DNA of 64,000 nt from an uncultured Gammaproteobacteria bacterium. Its GTDB lineage: Bacteria > Pseudomonadota > Gammaproteobacteria > UBA6002. This document shows positions 10,981 to 22,879 of this stretch, one piece after another. The position numbers were made by a program, and so were the translations under genes. The notes beneath the pieces are model-generated. The model saw nothing but the letters and a program-made list of their open reading frames with translations. It ran no database searches and had not been told where the DNA came from. Within the stretch, counting starts at the first letter, position 1. The number at the start of each line of letters is the position of its first letter. The stretch spans positions 25,862 to 89,861 of the forward strand of contig CAVPKM010000013.1 in assembly GCA_963705725.1 (NCBI GenBank), given 5' to 3'.

Positions 10981-11875
10981 CGAATTGCCTGTGTCCTCTC
11001 AAGTATTAACTATTGAAAGTGCTCTTAATGAGGCAAGTCAGCGCTTAAGCCAATTTGACGAAGCTCGGTTTGAAGCTCAGCTTTTGCTTAGTCATGTTTT
11101 GCAAGTTTCTAGAACCTACTTATATGCACACGCTAATCAACTTCTCAGCGTTTTTCAGCAAAAAAAATTTTTAATGCTTATCGAAAGGCGATGTGAAGGG
11201 GTACCGATTGCTTATTTGCTCGGTCATCGAGCATTTTGGTCGATGGACCTTGAGGTTAATCCCAGCACGCTCATTCCGAGGCCAGAAACAGAATGTTTAA
11301 TTGAAATAGCCCTAAAAATTTTACCGAAAGAGCCGATTTCAATTTTGGATTTAGGAGTAGGTAGCGGAGCAATTGCCATTGCCCTAGCTTTGGAAAGACC
11401 TGGTTGGAAGCTGACTGGCACAGATATTTCATGCGAAGCCTTAGCGATAGCTGAAAAAAATATGAGAAAATATGGAATAAAAAATTTGGAGCTCAAGCAA
11501 TCAAATTGGTGTTTATCGCTCCCAGTGCAACAATTTGATGCGATTGTAAGCAATCCACCCTATATCGCTGAAGGAGATGCGCATTTGCAAGCGTTAAAAT
11601 ATGAGCCACTAGCAGCATTAGTGGCAGGTCCTGATGGCCTGTCTGCCATTAGAACTATCATTCATCAAGCTAAACGCTATTTAAAAGATAACGGGTGGTT
11701 ATTGTTAGAGCATGGTTACAATCAGGCAAAAAAAGTACAAAATTTATTGAAGGTGAATAGTTATAAAGAGATCGCGACTTTTGCTGATTTAAATCAGGTC
11801 ATGCGAGTGACAATAGGACGAAATTGTCATTATTTCGGGAGGAACAGCAATGAAGCTAGTATTTGCAAGCAATAA
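10937..11875 (+). CDS. prmC: release factor glutamine N5-methyltransferase
   Basis: [20 protein letters not shown] motifs. The true start is probably a GTG/TTG near 10985-10991 rather than the overlapping upstream start. Confidence 0.85.
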   Translation: MSIRQTNLPPLPIFNELPVSSQVLTIESALNEASQRLSQFDEARFEAQLLLSHVLQVSRTYLYAHANQLLSVFQQKKFLMLIERRCEGVPIAYLLGHRAFWSMDLEVNPSTLIPRPETECLIEIALKILPKEPISILDLGVGSGAIAIALALERPGWKLTGTDISCEALAIAEKNMRKYGIKNLELKQSNWCLSLPVQQFDAIVSNPPYIAEGDAHLQALKYEPLAALVAGPDGLSAIRTIIHQAKRYLKDNGWLLLEHGYNQAKKVQNLLKVNSYKEIATFADLNQVMRVTIGRNCHYFGRNSNEASICKQ

Positions 11876-12470
11876 TCTTGGCAAGATAAAAGAAATAAAA
11901 CAACTTGTTCTCGGTAGTCAAATCGAGATTATTCCTCAAAGTGAATTCAATGTGCCAGAGGCTGAAGAATCGGCCACCACCTTTGTTGAAAATGCGCTTT
12001 TAAAGGCAAGACAAGCCACAGCCTTGACCCATTTGCCAGCAATTGCAGATGACTCTGGACTCGTGGTGCCAGGCCTTGGCGGAGAGCCGGGTGTGTTTTC
12101 AGCGCGTTATGCAGGAAAAGGCGTGACGATGCAAAAGCATATCGAAAAACTCTTAAATCAAATTGAAATAAATGCTGTTTCTCGAGATGCTTATTATTAT
12201 TGCGTAATAGTGCTTTTGCGACAAAAAAATGATCCTTGCCCAATCATTTGCGAGGGAAAATGGCAGGGTAAAATACTAACCGCCCCTATTGGCTCTGAAG
12301 GCTTTGGCTATGACCCAATATTTTATGATGAAACCTACCGATGCTCTGCAGCAGAATTGCCAGCTGAGATAAAAAATCAAATTAGCCATCGTGGGCAGGC
12401 GATGAAAAAATTAATACAATCGATTATCAGGCTTGGAGATGAAGGGTTTGTTGATCTTAACAAACCCTAA
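11850..12470 (+). CDS. rdgB: dITP/XTP pyrophosphatase (Ham1/RdgB family)
   Basis: [16 protein letters not shown] ... FGYDPIF ... SHRGQA motifs. Confidence 0.85.
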   Translation: MKLVFASNNLGKIKEIKQLVLGSQIEIIPQSEFNVPEAEESATTFVENALLKARQATALTHLPAIADDSGLVVPGLGGEPGVFSARYAGKGVTMQKHIEKLLNQIEINAVSRDAYYYCVIVLLRQKNDPCPIICEGKWQGKILTAPIGSEGFGYDPIFYDETYRCSAAELPAEIKNQISHRGQAMKKLIQSIIRLGDEGFVDLNKP

Positions 12471-12485
12471 GAAATAGTTACAAAA

Positions 12486-14012
12486 TTACTTGGGAGAAGC
12501 AGGACCCTTTGTTACGTCTTGCTCTTCTTGTCGTTTATCAAAATCTTGTTTATTAGTTTGCGTCATGCCGGTCACTGTTAACCCGGTTTTTGCGGCGATT
12601 AATGCGGCTTCAATTTGATGAGGATCGCGTATGGCGCTTACGTCAACTGAATTGCCAGTGAGTGCCATCAGCTGTGCAATTTTTTCATAAGCTGTGGGCT
12701 CAAATTTATTCATCATCCATTGGTCCTTTTCTTCATCATAATAAAGCTGCGTGGAATTAACAGAGGTTTTGAATCCGCTTGAAGTAGTGGCGATATTCTC
12801 TTCGCTAAATACCTGTTTTGCCATTTCGAGGTAGGTTTGAGGATCAATTTTCTGAGTAGATTGACCAGGTGTTAACGTAATGGTAGAGACATTTTGTGTC
12901 CAGCTGGGGCGACCTACCTGTTGTTTGGTGAGATAACGTGCTGTCCATTTGTCTAAAAATTGAGCAGCATCATGGAAGACTGGCTCTCCTTTCAAGGTGC
13001 CTAATGTTTCTCGAACGGCTTGAGAGATAAATTTAGTTTCTGCTGGATTTCTCCTTGCCATTAAAGAGGAGTCAAGTAGACCACTTATTTTTGCTAAAGC
13101 GACTGATCGAGTCGACTGTATTAGAAATTCTGCTTCGTGCCCGGTTAACACTCGATCAATAGCGGCATTCAACCCATTAGATAGTCGATCATACCGTGAA
13201 GCTTTAGATAGGGATTTTTCTTGGCGAGGCGCGTTTTCTGGACGCTGTAATCTAACTTTCATTCGATTAAATGTTTGCGCATAAAGGGATTCATGTAATA
13301 AATTTTTATCTAGCATGCGATGCATGCCGCTCGCCCCTTCTGGAAAAATATCATGTTTCTCAAGTGTATTGACTAAGGTATCAACAGCAGATTGTTGAAG
13401 ATGATTGTCATAGTTATCAAGATGAGATTGTACTGCCTGTTTTTGTTTGATCGACAGTAACGGATTTGCTAATTCTTCTTTAAGCATTTCTCGGTTTTTT
13501 TCCGCCTGTTTATACTTACTTTCAATGGTCAGCCGGGCTTTATCTATATCCTCTCCATTTGAAAAGTATTTAATGAGAGAATTCAAATCCTGGACTTTAA
13601 AAGCTTTTAGGTTAATTCCTTTATCTAAGCTTTTTAAATCTCCTTGCAAAAGCAATAAATTTTGGACAGTTTCGAGTTTGTGCATGGCTTTAGTGGGGAG
13701 TTTTTCTTGTTTTTCTATATAGAGCGCATACTCTTCTTCATTAAGCTTTTCTCGTTCTTGACTGATTCTCTGTTGTATCCAATTTCGTTGTGCCGCTTCA
13801 TCGGCTGCCGCGTAGCTTAGCATAAGACTGTTAAAATATTTTGACAGTGGACTGTTCGGATTTTTTAATTGTAAAGCAACATCATTAGCGGAAAAGAAAG
13901 AGTTTTCTTCGATTTGCTGCGCCAGTCTATTAACGGTTCCCTCATTGCTGGGGTTGGCCATTGCAGCCTGGAGTAGTTGAATATCATCAGTATTAAGTTG
14001 ACCACCTATCAC
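12486..14012 (-). CDS. hypothetical 508-aa coiled-coil protein (orphan; candidate secreted effector)
   Basis: Long uninterrupted ORF with no recognisable enzymatic motif. Low-complexity polar or acidic C-terminus (…KRQEEQDVTKGPASPK). Flanked by housekeeping genes. Confidence 0.5.
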   Translation of the reverse strand: MIGGQLNTDDIQLLQAAMANPSNEGTVNRLAQQIEENSFFSANDVALQLKNPNSPLSKYFNSLMLSYAAADEAAQRNWIQQRISQEREKLNEEEYALYIEKQEKLPTKAMHKLETVQNLLLLQGDLKSLDKGINLKAFKVQDLNSLIKYFSNGEDIDKARLTIESKYKQAEKNREMLKEELANPLLSIKQKQAVQSHLDNYDNHLQQSAVDTLVNTLEKHDIFPEGASGMHRMLDKNLLHESLYAQTFNRMKVRLQRPENAPRQEKSLSKASRYDRLSNGLNAAIDRVLTGHEAEFLIQSTRSVALAKISGLLDSSLMARRNPAETKFISQAVRETLGTLKGEPVFHDAAQFLDKWTARYLTKQQVGRPSWTQNVSTITLTPGQSTQKIDPQTYLEMAKQVFSEENIATTSSGFKTSVNSTQLYYDEEKDQWMMNKFEPTAYEKIAQLMALTGNSVDVSAIRDPHQIEAALIAAKTGLTVTGMTQTNKQDFDKRQEEQDVTKGPASPK

Positions 14013-14089
14013 AGCATCTTTCTCCTAATTTATCAAAGATGTACTAATTATAGCTCATCGATTATATGACAGTTTTCGTGTTGCAGAGC

Positions 14090-15418
14090 TTAGAGTATAT
14101 AACGGCTTAAATCTTCATCTTTAATAAGATGAGTTAGCTGTTTATTGACATATTTTTTATCAATCATGACTTGATCGCCCGCTCGATCCGGTGCCTCAAA
14201 AGAAATGACTTCGAGTAATTTTTCCATTATGGTATGTAGTCGCCTTGCGCCGATATTTTCAGTGCGTTCATTAACATGATAAGCGATTTCCGCTAGACGT
14301 TTAATACCGTCTTGGGCAAAAGCAAGATCCAAGCCTTCGGTCTTCATCAGCGCAACATACTGTTCGGTAAGTGAAGCATTGGGTTCAGTCAAAATGCGAA
14401 TAAAATCTTCACTTGATAATGCGCTTAACTCAACGCGAATAGGGAGCCTGCCTTGTAATTCAGGAATCAGGTCAGAGGGTTTAGCGAGATGAAAAGCGCC
14501 AGATGCAATAAATAAGACGTGATCGGTTTTTACCATTCCATATTTAGTAAAAACAGTACTTCCTTCGATAATAGGTAATAAGTCTCTTTGCACGCCTTCT
14601 CTGGAAACATCACCCCCACCTTCGCGTTTAATAATTTTATCTAATTCGTCAATAAAAATAATGCCATTTTGTTCAACGCTTTTAACGGCACGGGTTCTGA
14701 TTTCATCTTCATTGAGCATTTTGCTGGCTTCATCTTCAGTGAGCTGCTTGAGCGCGTCTTTAATAGTCAGCTTTCGAGATTTAGTTCGGTCGCCGGCAAT
14801 ATTTTGAAAAATATTCTGAAGATGCGTGGTCATTTCTTCAATGCCGGGAGGTCCCATTATCTCCACTCCGACAGGCGGCAAGGAAACCTCTACTTCAATT
14901 TCTTTTTCATCTAATTCCCCTTCCTTGAGTTTATTGCGAAAAACTTGTCTAGCTGAGGATTCGCTTTCTTCAACTGCCTTTGCGCTTTTTGCTTGCGGTA
15001 ATAGAATATCGAGAATTCTATCTTCGGCAGTTTCAGCGGCTCTTTGTTTGACCTTTTCAATCTCCATTTCTTTAATCATTTTATAAGCTACTTCAACCAG
15101 ATCTCTAACCATTCCTTCTACATCTCGTCCCACATAGCCTACTTCAGTATACTTGGTGGCTTCTACCTTGAGAAAAGGAGAGCGAGTGAGCGCGGCTAAA
15201 CGGCGCGCAATTTCAGTTTTTCCTACCCCGGTTGGACCAATCATTAAAATATTTTTTGGAGTGACTTCTTTAGCGAGTTCAGGATCGAGCTGTAAACGAC
15301 GCCATCTATTGCGAAGGGCATTTGCGACTGCACGCTTAGCATTATTCTGACCAATAATGTAGCGGTCAAGTTCGTGGACGATTTCTTTGGGAGTCATGGT
15401 CGAATCTAGATTAGTCAT
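14090..15418 (-). CDS. hslU: ATP-dependent protease ATPase subunit HslU
   Basis: [16 protein letters not shown]alker A, DEIDKI Walker B region; 442 aa. Confidence 0.9.
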   Translation of the reverse strand: MTNLDSTMTPKEIVHELDRYIIGQNNAKRAVANALRNRWRRLQLDPELAKEVTPKNILMIGPTGVGKTEIARRLAALTRSPFLKVEATKYTEVGYVGRDVEGMVRDLVEVAYKMIKEMEIEKVKQRAAETAEDRILDILLPQAKSAKAVEESESSARQVFRNKLKEGELDEKEIEVEVSLPPVGVEIMGPPGIEEMTTHLQNIFQNIAGDRTKSRKLTIKDALKQLTEDEASKMLNEDEIRTRAVKSVEQNGIIFIDELDKIIKREGGGDVSREGVQRDLLPIIEGSTVFTKYGMVKTDHVLFIASGAFHLAKPSDLIPELQGRLPIRVELSALSSEDFIRILTEPNASLTEQYVALMKTEGLDLAFAQDGIKRLAEIAYHVNERTENIGARRLHTIMEKLLEVISFEAPDRAGDQVMIDKKYVNKQLTHLIKDEDLSRYIL

Positions 15419-15475
15419 AGGTATCTCAAGGGTAAATCGAGTTGATAAGTGCAGAATAAAACTCGGATTAAATAG

Positions 15476-16030
15476 TTACTCAAGCTCTTCAATAGTTAAG
15501 TTGTGATTGGTATAAACACAAATATTGGCGGCAATTTCCAGGCCTTTTTCAACAATCTTTTTAGCGCTAAGCTTGGTATTTTCTAGCAATGCTCTTGCTG
15601 CTGACTGCGCGTAAGGCCCTCCTGATCCAATCGCCATGATGCTATTTTCAGGTTCAATAACATCACCATTGCCAGTGATCATCAAGGAAACGTGACGATC
15701 TGCAACCGCTAATAATGCTTCAAGGCGCCTTAACATTCTATCTGTCCGCCAGTCTTTAGCGAGTTCGACAGCCGAGCGCATAAGGTTACCTGAATGTTTT
15801 TCAAGCTTTGCCTCAAAAAGTTCAAAAAGCGTAAAAGCATCTGCTGTTGCACCTGCAAAACCCGCGATGACTTTATCGCCGTATAATCGTCTCACCTTAC
15901 GGGCATTGCTTTTCATGACAATTGCATTGCCCATAGTCACTTGGCCATCGCCACCAATCACCACCTTGCCATCACGGCGAACCGATAAAATAGTCGTGCC
16001 TCTAAATTGTTGCAATTCTTTTATCCTCAT
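15476..16030 (-). CDS. hslV: ATP-dependent protease subunit HslV
   Basis: [22 protein letters not shown]-terminal Thr protease signature; 184 aa. Confidence 0.9.
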   Translation of the reverse strand: MRIKELQQFRGTTILSVRRDGKVVIGGDGQVTMGNAIVMKSNARKVRRLYGDKVIAGFAGATADAFTLFELFEAKLEKHSGNLMRSAVELAKDWRTDRMLRRLEALLAVADRHVSLMITGNGDVIEPENSIMAIGSGGPYAQSAARALLENTKLSAKKIVEKGLEIAANICVYTNHNLTIEELE

Positions 16031-16112
16031 TTTGAAAATCGAGATGGTAAGATCGAGTTAAACAGTATATTTATATATGGGGATAAGCGACAAGTTTTCA
16101 AGTCAAAAGCCT

Positions 16113-16666
16113 TTAAAGCGTTTTTTTAATAACGACCACACTATCAATTGCATTTTTTTCTAATTTTTTTTGCATTTCATCTGCCAAAGTTCGTGACAGG
16201 TAGGGACCCATATAAAGCTTATAATGAGTTTTTTGTTTACTAACGAAAACCTTTTCAAAACCCATTAATACCAGTTGAGCTTTTCGTTCATCTGCCTCTT
16301 GGTAATGAGTAAACTTACCGAGTTCAAGTTGAAAGCGGGGTTCGGCTTCATTAATGCTTATATCTTTCGCTTCTTCCTTAATTGACGTTTTTTCATCTGG
16401 CGCAAGCAGGTCGTAGAAATCATAGTTTGGTGAAGCTTCTTTTTTCAAGCGGTTGAGTTTAAGTCTTGTATGATCATGATGCTTGAATGGGGTAACCTTG
16501 TGGGTAGCAATTTGATCCGAGTTTAATGAATGATGTAGATAGAATCGTAATAAAAAAAGCTTGGTATCGCAAGTCCAATAATCATGCCCACTCCGAGCCA
16601 GGCAAGGGGAGAAGATTTTTTTTGCGCTCTTTTTTTATAGGCAGTTTTCGATTTTCGTTTAGTCAT
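16113..16666 (-). pseudogene. SPOR-domain (DedD/FtsN-like) cell-division protein, apparent -1 frameshift at an A7/T7 run
   Basis: N-terminal part reads MTKRKSKTAYKKRAQKKSSPLAWLGVGMIIGLAIPSFF (basic cytoplasmic tail plus TM) from ATG at 16666. The C-terminal SPOR domain (ORF 16113..16448) is in the other frame. One extra T at the T7 run (plus-strand A7, 16552-16558) would fuse them into one ~184-aa protein. Confidence 0.6.
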
Positions 16667-16682
16667 AAGAAAAGTTCTATGT

Positions 16683-18434
16683 TTACATCACATTTGGAGC
16701 AGATACCCCGATAATTTGCAGGCTATTTGCTAGTACTATTTTAATCGCAAAGATTAATCCTAATCTTGCATTTCTCATTGCCTCATCTGAAACGATAAAT
16801 TTGCAAGCATTGTAATAGGCATGAAAGCGATTGGCTAAATCTTGCAGGTAGTGTACCAGAATATAAGGCTCGTAATTGATGGCTGCTGCTTCTATCGTTT
16901 CTGGATATTGTGAAAGCAAGCGCAATAAATCTTTTTCATTATCAGTAGTTAATAGATGAGAAAAGCGAGAGAGTGATACACTTTCAAAAGCAATCGCTTG
17001 ATGTTCGAGCTGGCGCATGACGCTGCAAATTCGAGCATGAGCATATTGAATATAAAAAACGGGATTTTCGTTCGTTTTTGATTTTGCTAGTTCCAGATCA
17101 AAATCTAAATGTTGGTCCACTTTTCTTGTTAAATAAAAAAAGCGTGTGGCGTCATTACCCACTTCCTTGCGTAATTCGCGCAAGGTCACAAATACTCCGC
17201 CGCGAGTTGTCATTGGGATTTTTTGCTTGCCGCGATATAGTGCAACAAATTGCACGAGTTGAACGGTTAATTTACGCTCATCTTTGCCTACTGCTCGTAG
17301 AAAAGATTTAATTCGGGGAGCGTAACCATGATGATCAGCGCCGAAAATATCGACCATCAAGTCAAACCCTCTTTCGAATTTATTTAAATGATAACCAACA
17401 TCTGAGGCAAAATAGGTGGCTTGACCATTGTCCCGGATGACAACTCGATCTTTTTCATCGCCATAGGACGTCGCTTGAAACCAAGTTGCGCCATCGCGTA
17501 CATAGATGCAGTGGTTCTGGTGTAGCTGATCAATGCCATTTTGAACATCACCATTGTTCTCAAGGCTTTTCTCCGAGAACCATTCTTGAAAAGTGATGCC
17601 AAATTCAGCTAGATCTTCATGGATGTCAGTTAAAATTTGTTTAAGGCCAAGATTAAATAGGATTTCGTAGTCATTGCCTAGCAAGTTTTTAGTACGCGAA
17701 ATCAAGGCATCGATATAAATTTCTTTATCGCCCTGACCATCTTCAGTTTCATCAAGAGGCAGATCTTGAAAAATTTGGTGAATAGGTCTTAAAAATTTTT
17801 CTTGATGCAGAGATTTAACTACTTTTGCAACATCAATGACATAGTTAGCAACGTAGCCATTTCTTGGAAAAGTAATCGACTCACCGAGTAGCTCAAGATA
17901 TCTTAACCAAATACTGATGGCCAAAATATGCATTTGGCGCCCAGCATCATTCACGTAATACTCACGATGAACTTTATAGCCAACCGCTTCAAGTAAATTG
18001 GCTACGGTGGCTCCATAAGCTGCGTGCCTTCCGTGCCCAACATGTAGCGGGCCAGTTGGATTGGCAGAAACAAATTCCACAATGGCTTTTTTCCCTGCGC
18101 CTAAGGAAGATTGACCATAGATACCATCCTGCTTAATGATTTCAGCAATAATTTGTTGCAAAGCCTGATCTGTGAGATGAAAGTTGATAAAACCTGGCCC
18201 AGCCATTGCAACTTGTTTGATTTCTGCAGTAACCGGAAGATGAGAAATAATTTTTTTGCCAAGGTCTTGGGGATTAATTTTTAATGTTTTTGCTAGAGCC
18301 ATAGCCGTGTTGCAGGCAAAATCACCATGCTTGCTATCCCGAGTTCGTTCGATATGAATTTTCTCAGGCATATCCGATTCATTTAAAAATTGATGTAAAC
18401 TTGCTCGTACTAAGCTTGCAATTTTTGCTTTCAT
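16683..18434 (-). CDS. argS: arginine--tRNA ligase
   Basis: HVGH (PTGPLHVGHGR) and KMSK-like motifs. Start placed at the conserved MKAK…; the ORF track has a longer upstream extension. Confidence 0.9.
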   Translation of the reverse strand: MKAKIASLVRASLHQFLNESDMPEKIHIERTRDSKHGDFACNTAMALAKTLKINPQDLGKKIISHLPVTAEIKQVAMAGPGFINFHLTDQALQQIIAEIIKQDGIYGQSSLGAGKKAIVEFVSANPTGPLHVGHGRHAAYGATVANLLEAVGYKVHREYYVNDAGRQMHILAISIWLRYLELLGESITFPRNGYVANYVIDVAKVVKSLHQEKFLRPIHQIFQDLPLDETEDGQGDKEIYIDALISRTKNLLGNDYEILFNLGLKQILTDIHEDLAEFGITFQEWFSEKSLENNGDVQNGIDQLHQNHCIYVRDGATWFQATSYGDEKDRVVIRDNGQATYFASDVGYHLNKFERGFDLMVDIFGADHHGYAPRIKSFLRAVGKDERKLTVQLVQFVALYRGKQKIPMTTRGGVFVTLRELRKEVGNDATRFFYLTRKVDQHLDFDLELAKSKTNENPVFYIQYAHARICSVMRQLEHQAIAFESVSLSRFSHLLTTDNEKDLLRLLSQYPETIEAAAINYEPYILVHYLQDLANRFHAYYNACKFIVSDEAMRNARLGLIFAIKIVLANSLQIIGVSAPNVM

Positions 18435-18506
18435 GAGGTTTCTTCTTAATTCGGATAGACAGGCTGAAGCAAAGATTCTAACAGATAAAGCCAATAAATG
18501 GTGTAA

Positions 18507-19442
18507 CTATTCAATATCCGATCCTGGGTGAATGGATTTTAGGCGAGACCTTGCCCAATCATAGGGTGTTAAATAAACCTCATAAAGTTTTGCCTCTTGG
18601 CTGCCAGGGGTGGGTTGCCAATTATACTCCCAGGAAACCATGGGAGGGAGGGAGATTAAAATAGATTCGATTCTGCCTGCTGACTGCAAGCCAAATAACG
18701 TGCCTCTATCATAAAGTAAGTTAAACTCCACGTAGCGACCCCTGCGATAATGTTGAAATGCTTTTTGCGCTTCTCCATAGCCTATATCTTTGCGTTTATC
18801 AACAATTGGGAAATAAGCTTTGATAAAATGCTCCCCTGCGCTTTGCAAAAAATGAAAACAAGTTTCGAAATCCCAGCAATTAAGGTCATCAAAAAAAATT
18901 CCGCCAATTCCTCTTGGTTCATTGCGATGTGTTAAAAAGAAATAGTCATCGGCCCATTGTTTATATTGAGGATAAACGGCTTTGCCAAAAGGATCGCATG
19001 CCTGCTTTGCGGTTTGATGCCAATGAATACAATCTTCATCAAATCCATAATAAGGCGTAAGATCAAAACCGCCACCAAACCACCAATCCGCGTTGTCGCC
19101 TGTTTGAAAGAAACGAAAATTGGCGTGGCAAGTCGGCACATAAGGATTTTCAGGGTGAATAATAGTAGAGAGGCCGACAGCGTGAAAGCTGGTGCCTTTA
19201 AGAGCAGGGCGAAGCTTCGAAGCGGAGGCAGGAAGCTCAGTGCCCCAGACATGAGAGAAATTAATGCCGGCTTTTTCAAATAGACTGCCTTTTGTAATTG
19301 CAAGAGTTTTTCCGCCTCCACCTTGCGCTCGTTGCCAGTCTTCTTCGCATATTTGAACTTGTTCATCTCTTTGTTGGATTGAGCTTAATATTTCCTGTTG
19401 TAGTTTCAATAAATAATTTTTGACTGCTTCTACCTTAACCAT
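18507..19442 (-). CDS. hemF: oxygen-dependent coproporphyrinogen-III oxidase
   Basis: Conserved HemF core ([15 protein letters not shown]); 311 aa. Confidence 0.9.
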   Translation of the reverse strand: MVKVEAVKNYLLKLQQEILSSIQQRDEQVQICEEDWQRAQGGGGKTLAITKGSLFEKAGINFSHVWGTELPASASKLRPALKGTSFHAVGLSTIIHPENPYVPTCHANFRFFQTGDNADWWFGGGFDLTPYYGFDEDCIHWHQTAKQACDPFGKAVYPQYKQWADDYFFLTHRNEPRGIGGIFFDDLNCWDFETCFHFLQSAGEHFIKAYFPIVDKRKDIGYGEAQKAFQHYRRGRYVEFNLLYDRGTLFGLQSAGRIESILISLPPMVSWEYNWQPTPGSQEAKLYEVYLTPYDWARSRLKSIHPGSDIE

Positions 19443-19443
19443 C

Positions 19444-21822
19444 CTAAAATAACTCCTCTCCTTCTTCTTGTGTGTCCTTTTTTTCTGTTGTTAGAGCGGG
19501 TTCTTCAGCGTTTTCCTTTTTCTCAAGATTGGGTTTATCGAGTTCAAGTGAAGTATTGATATCCTCATCTGTATTTTCCGATGCCTCGCTTGGCGGCTCA
19601 ATTTTTTCAACAGGGGCTTCTTTCTTTGTAGGTGGTGCATTATCGTCATTGGGTAAGTGCGCTTTATCGAATAATTCATCAATACCAATTGGGTTGGTAT
19701 CATCAGTAAAGCCATTTCGATTAAGACGAATTTTTATAATATTAGGCGGTTGGCTGAGTGTATGTTCTGGCTTGCCACTTAATGCTGCTCGCATGAAATC
19801 AATCCAAATGGGCAAGGCCGCATCTGCACCATATTCAGCGAGCGAACGTTGCTGGTCAAAGCCCACCCAAACTGTGGTTACAATATCGCTATTATATCCC
19901 GCAAACCAACCATCCATTTGATCGTTTGTTGTGCCTGTCTTGCCCGCAATATCCTGACGATTTAAGACTGAGGCTCGTCGTCCAGTGCCTTGGCGAATCA
20001 CATCTTGTAGCGCGCTGTTCATCAAATAGGCATTTTCAGGAGTGATAGCCCTTTCTAAAGAAGGAGGATTAGCATGGTAGACTTCCATGCCATTATCATC
20101 ATCAATATGATCGATGAAATAAGGTTTTATGCGATAACCGCCATTAGCAAAAGTGGCGTAGCCAGATGCAAGTTGAATAGGAGTGGCGGAATTTGTTCCC
20201 AATGCTAAGGTTAAATTTTTTGGCATATCATTAGGGTCAAAACCAAACAAGCTGGCATATTGAATAGCGTAAGGCACGCCAATTTCTTGCAGCAAGCGAA
20301 TAGAAACCGTATTGCGAGAATGCACCAGGCCAAAGCGTAAGCGCGTTGGACCGTAAAATTTCAGATTTGAATTTTGAGGTCGCCAGGCAGTATTTGAGCC
20401 TGTGGTATAAAGCTCAATGGGCGCGTCGTCAATAATGCTTGCCCAAGTGAATCCTTTTTCTAATGCGGCAGAGTAAACGAATGGCTTAAAACTTGATCCA
20501 GGTTGGCGCTTGGCTTGGGTGGCTCGGTTATAGGGGCTTTGATTAAAAGAAAAACCACCGGTTAGCGCAAGAATCATACCGGTAGAAGGATCAAGTGAAA
20601 CAAGGGCAGCTTCAGCTCTAGGTATCTGCGTGAGCGCCCAGCCGTTTGGTAGGCGCTTGACTCGAACAATGTCTCCTCTTGAGAGTTTATTCTTTGTCCA
20701 GTCGGTTGCTTCAATTGTTATTTTCATGCGGTTAGCCAGCATTCCGGTGATGCTATGCTGGGTGGTGATAATCACTGCAGGAATCATCCCGTTGATGGTT
20801 GGCGTTTTTCTTAATTTAACTAGCCATTGAGAAGGCTTGGCGATATGTCTTTCAACGCCATGAAAGCCATGGCGCTTATCATAATTGATCAAACCATTTT
20901 TCAGTGCTTCATTTGCTGCAGTTTGTAAGCGTGAATCGATTGTCGTATAAACTTTTAATCCACTTGTGTAAGCGGCGTCCCCGTATGCTTCAAGCATGGC
21001 CGCTCTTACCATCTCGCCGACATAAGGCGCTTCCATCGTTTTGTTGCGATTATGTAATTTTGCATTGACGGGAGAGGTGATCGCGGAATCAAATTCCCGC
21101 TGGCTAATGTAGCGATTAGCTAGCATGCGCTCTAAAACATGATTGCGTCTTTCAAGAGCACCTTTGGGATTGTCGATCGGGTTATCTCGAGAAGGGGCTT
21201 GTGGCAAGCCAGCAAGCAAGGCAATTTCAGAAAGGTTCAAATCCTTTAAAGATTTGCCAAAATAGACCTCTGCCGCAGCTGCAACGCCGTAAGTTCGCTG
21301 ACCCAGATAAATTTTGTTTAAGTAAAGTTCAAGTACCTTTTCCTTGCTGAGCGTCGCATCAATTTTTAGCGCTAATAAAATTTCGTTTAACTTTCTGCCA
21401 TAGGTTTTTTGTCTCGAAAGAAAGAAGTTTCTTGCTACCTGCATGGTGATGGTGCTGGCACCTTGCGATTTGCGACCGGTGACAAGCAACTCTCGAGTAG
21501 CGCGTACCAAACCAATTAGGTCTACACCAGGATGCTCGTAGTAACGTTGATCTTCGGTAGCTAGGACGCCCTGGACAAGGCGTCGTGGTATTTCGTTAAG
21601 ACTGACAGGGATGCGATGATTTTCTCCATATTCTGCGATTAACTTGCCATCTTTGGTAAAAACGCGTAGCGGAACCTGCAATTGCATATTTTTTAAAGCG
21701 CTAACATCGGGTAACTGAAGGTAGATAAAGAAAATAATGCAGCCGATTGCTAGGACGCTGGTGATTAGCAGGCTAAAGAAGGTAAGAAAGCTACTTTTTA
21801 TTATTTTTTGTATTATTTTCAT
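19444..21822 (-). CDS. mrcA: penicillin-binding protein 1A (bifunctional transglycosylase/transpeptidase)
   Basis: Glycosyltransferase motifs ([17 protein letters not shown]), transpeptidase STxK/SxN/KTG (KTGTTN); 792 aa. Confidence 0.9.
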   Translation of the reverse strand: MKIIQKIIKSSFLTFFSLLITSVLAIGCIIFFIYLQLPDVSALKNMQLQVPLRVFTKDGKLIAEYGENHRIPVSLNEIPRRLVQGVLATEDQRYYEHPGVDLIGLVRATRELLVTGRKSQGASTITMQVARNFFLSRQKTYGRKLNEILLALKIDATLSKEKVLELYLNKIYLGQRTYGVAAAAEVYFGKSLKDLNLSEIALLAGLPQAPSRDNPIDNPKGALERRNHVLERMLANRYISQREFDSAITSPVNAKLHNRNKTMEAPYVGEMVRAAMLEAYGDAAYTSGLKVYTTIDSRLQTAANEALKNGLINYDKRHGFHGVERHIAKPSQWLVKLRKTPTINGMIPAVIITTQHSITGMLANRMKITIEATDWTKNKLSRGDIVRVKRLPNGWALTQIPRAEAALVSLDPSTGMILALTGGFSFNQSPYNRATQAKRQPGSSFKPFVYSAALEKGFTWASIIDDAPIELYTTGSNTAWRPQNSNLKFYGPTRLRFGLVHSRNTVSIRLLQEIGVPYAIQYASLFGFDPNDMPKNLTLALGTNSATPIQLASGYATFANGGYRIKPYFIDHIDDDNGMEVYHANPPSLERAITPENAYLMNSALQDVIRQGTGRRASVLNRQDIAGKTGTTNDQMDGWFAGYNSDIVTTVWVGFDQQRSLAEYGADAALPIWIDFMRAALSGKPEHTLSQPPNIIKIRLNRNGFTDDTNPIGIDELFDKAHLPNDDNAPPTKKEAPVEKIEPPSEASENTDEDINTSLELDKPNLEKKENAEEPALTTEKKDTQEEGEELF

Positions 21823-22024
21823 GTTAATTTTAGCTTTTTACTCGTTTATATTTAGGGATTTTTGAAAGATTTGTTTTTGTAGCGCTTGCGAATTAATACG
21901 CTATTTATTTTATTAATTAAGGACAATCATTTTAACATAAAAAATATTCTTTCACTAAGAAAAGCATGTAGGTTACCCCGTATTTTTAGCGAGTTGTTAT
22001 GAGTGTTTAATGGAATAAAATAAG

Positions 22025-22879
22025 GTGATGTATGCAATAGAGCTGAGCCAGATGAAAATAGGAACGCGCAAAGAAAATACCATAATAGGCATGAGCGTGA
22101 ATAAAACACATTTGTTTTATTCACTAGTCGGACATCATAAAAATGAACAAGTGCTGCTCAATCAAGGATCAGTCAAGATAGAAGAAACAGAAAAATTACT
22201 CGATCATATTAAGTCTTCATTCGATTTTCCTTGTTACTTAGCGGTCCCTCATTCGTTCATGATGTCAAAAATTTTGCATTTCACAGAGGAGTTTAAGGAA
22301 GCGGAGATTTTAAATCTTCTGACTTTTAATGCTGAGCAGTATTTTTCTTGTCCTAGAGAAGAAATTTGTTTCGACTTTGAGTTTATTAATCATACAAAAA
22401 AAGACATTCGAGTAATAGCGGGTAAAAAAGAGTACATTGCAAACTGGAAAAAATTATTTTTAAGTAAAAAACTTAAGTTAAAAGTGATAAGCATTGATTT
22501 TATTGCAGTAGAGCGCTTGTTATTAAATTTGAAACTGAATGACAATCAGGTTTACGCGATTTTTTTATGGCAGAATTTTGAGTTGGTGCAAATAATATTC
22601 GCAGAAGGGCGAGCGCTTTTTTATCAAAACTGTCTCATTCCAGAAGGCAACATGCAAAGCTTAGCACAGGAAATAACTCAATTTCTGCGTTTATATGAAA
22701 TGAAAAAAATAAAAGTAAATGTTGTCTCACAAATAGTATTGTTAGGCTTTGATGAAGAAATGATTGAAAAATTTCAAAATCAATACGCCTTAAATATTCT
22801 AGATACTTCAAAATTCAAAAAAAAATTTTTTATTGGCGCTTCGTGTCTTTTGTCAATTGGTATGGTGATTAAATGTTAA
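22025..22879 (+). CDS. pilM: type IV pilus assembly protein PilM (short form)
   Basis: Position at the head of the pilMNOPQ operon. Actin-like ATPase-fold length is reduced (284 aa). Overlaps the pilN start. Confidence 0.7.
   Translation: MMYAIELSQMKIGTRKENTIIGMSVNKTHLFYSLVGHHKNEQVLLNQGSVKIEETEKLLDHIKSSFDFPCYLAVPHSFMMSKILHFTEEFKEAEILNLLTFNAEQYFSCPREEICFDFEFINHTKKDIRVIAGKKEYIANWKKLFLSKKLKLKVISIDFIAVERLLLNLKLNDNQVYAIFLWQNFELVQIIFAEGRALFYQNCLIPEGNMQSLAQEITQFLRLYEMKKIKVNVVSQIVLLGFDEEMIEKFQNQYALNILDTSKFKKKFFIGASCLLSIGMVIKC

Noticed and set aside
16526-16714. 62-aa plus-strand ORF
   Set aside because: Antisense to the N-terminal part of the SPOR-domain gene. The minus-strand reading has a clear signal (basic tail plus TM helix).
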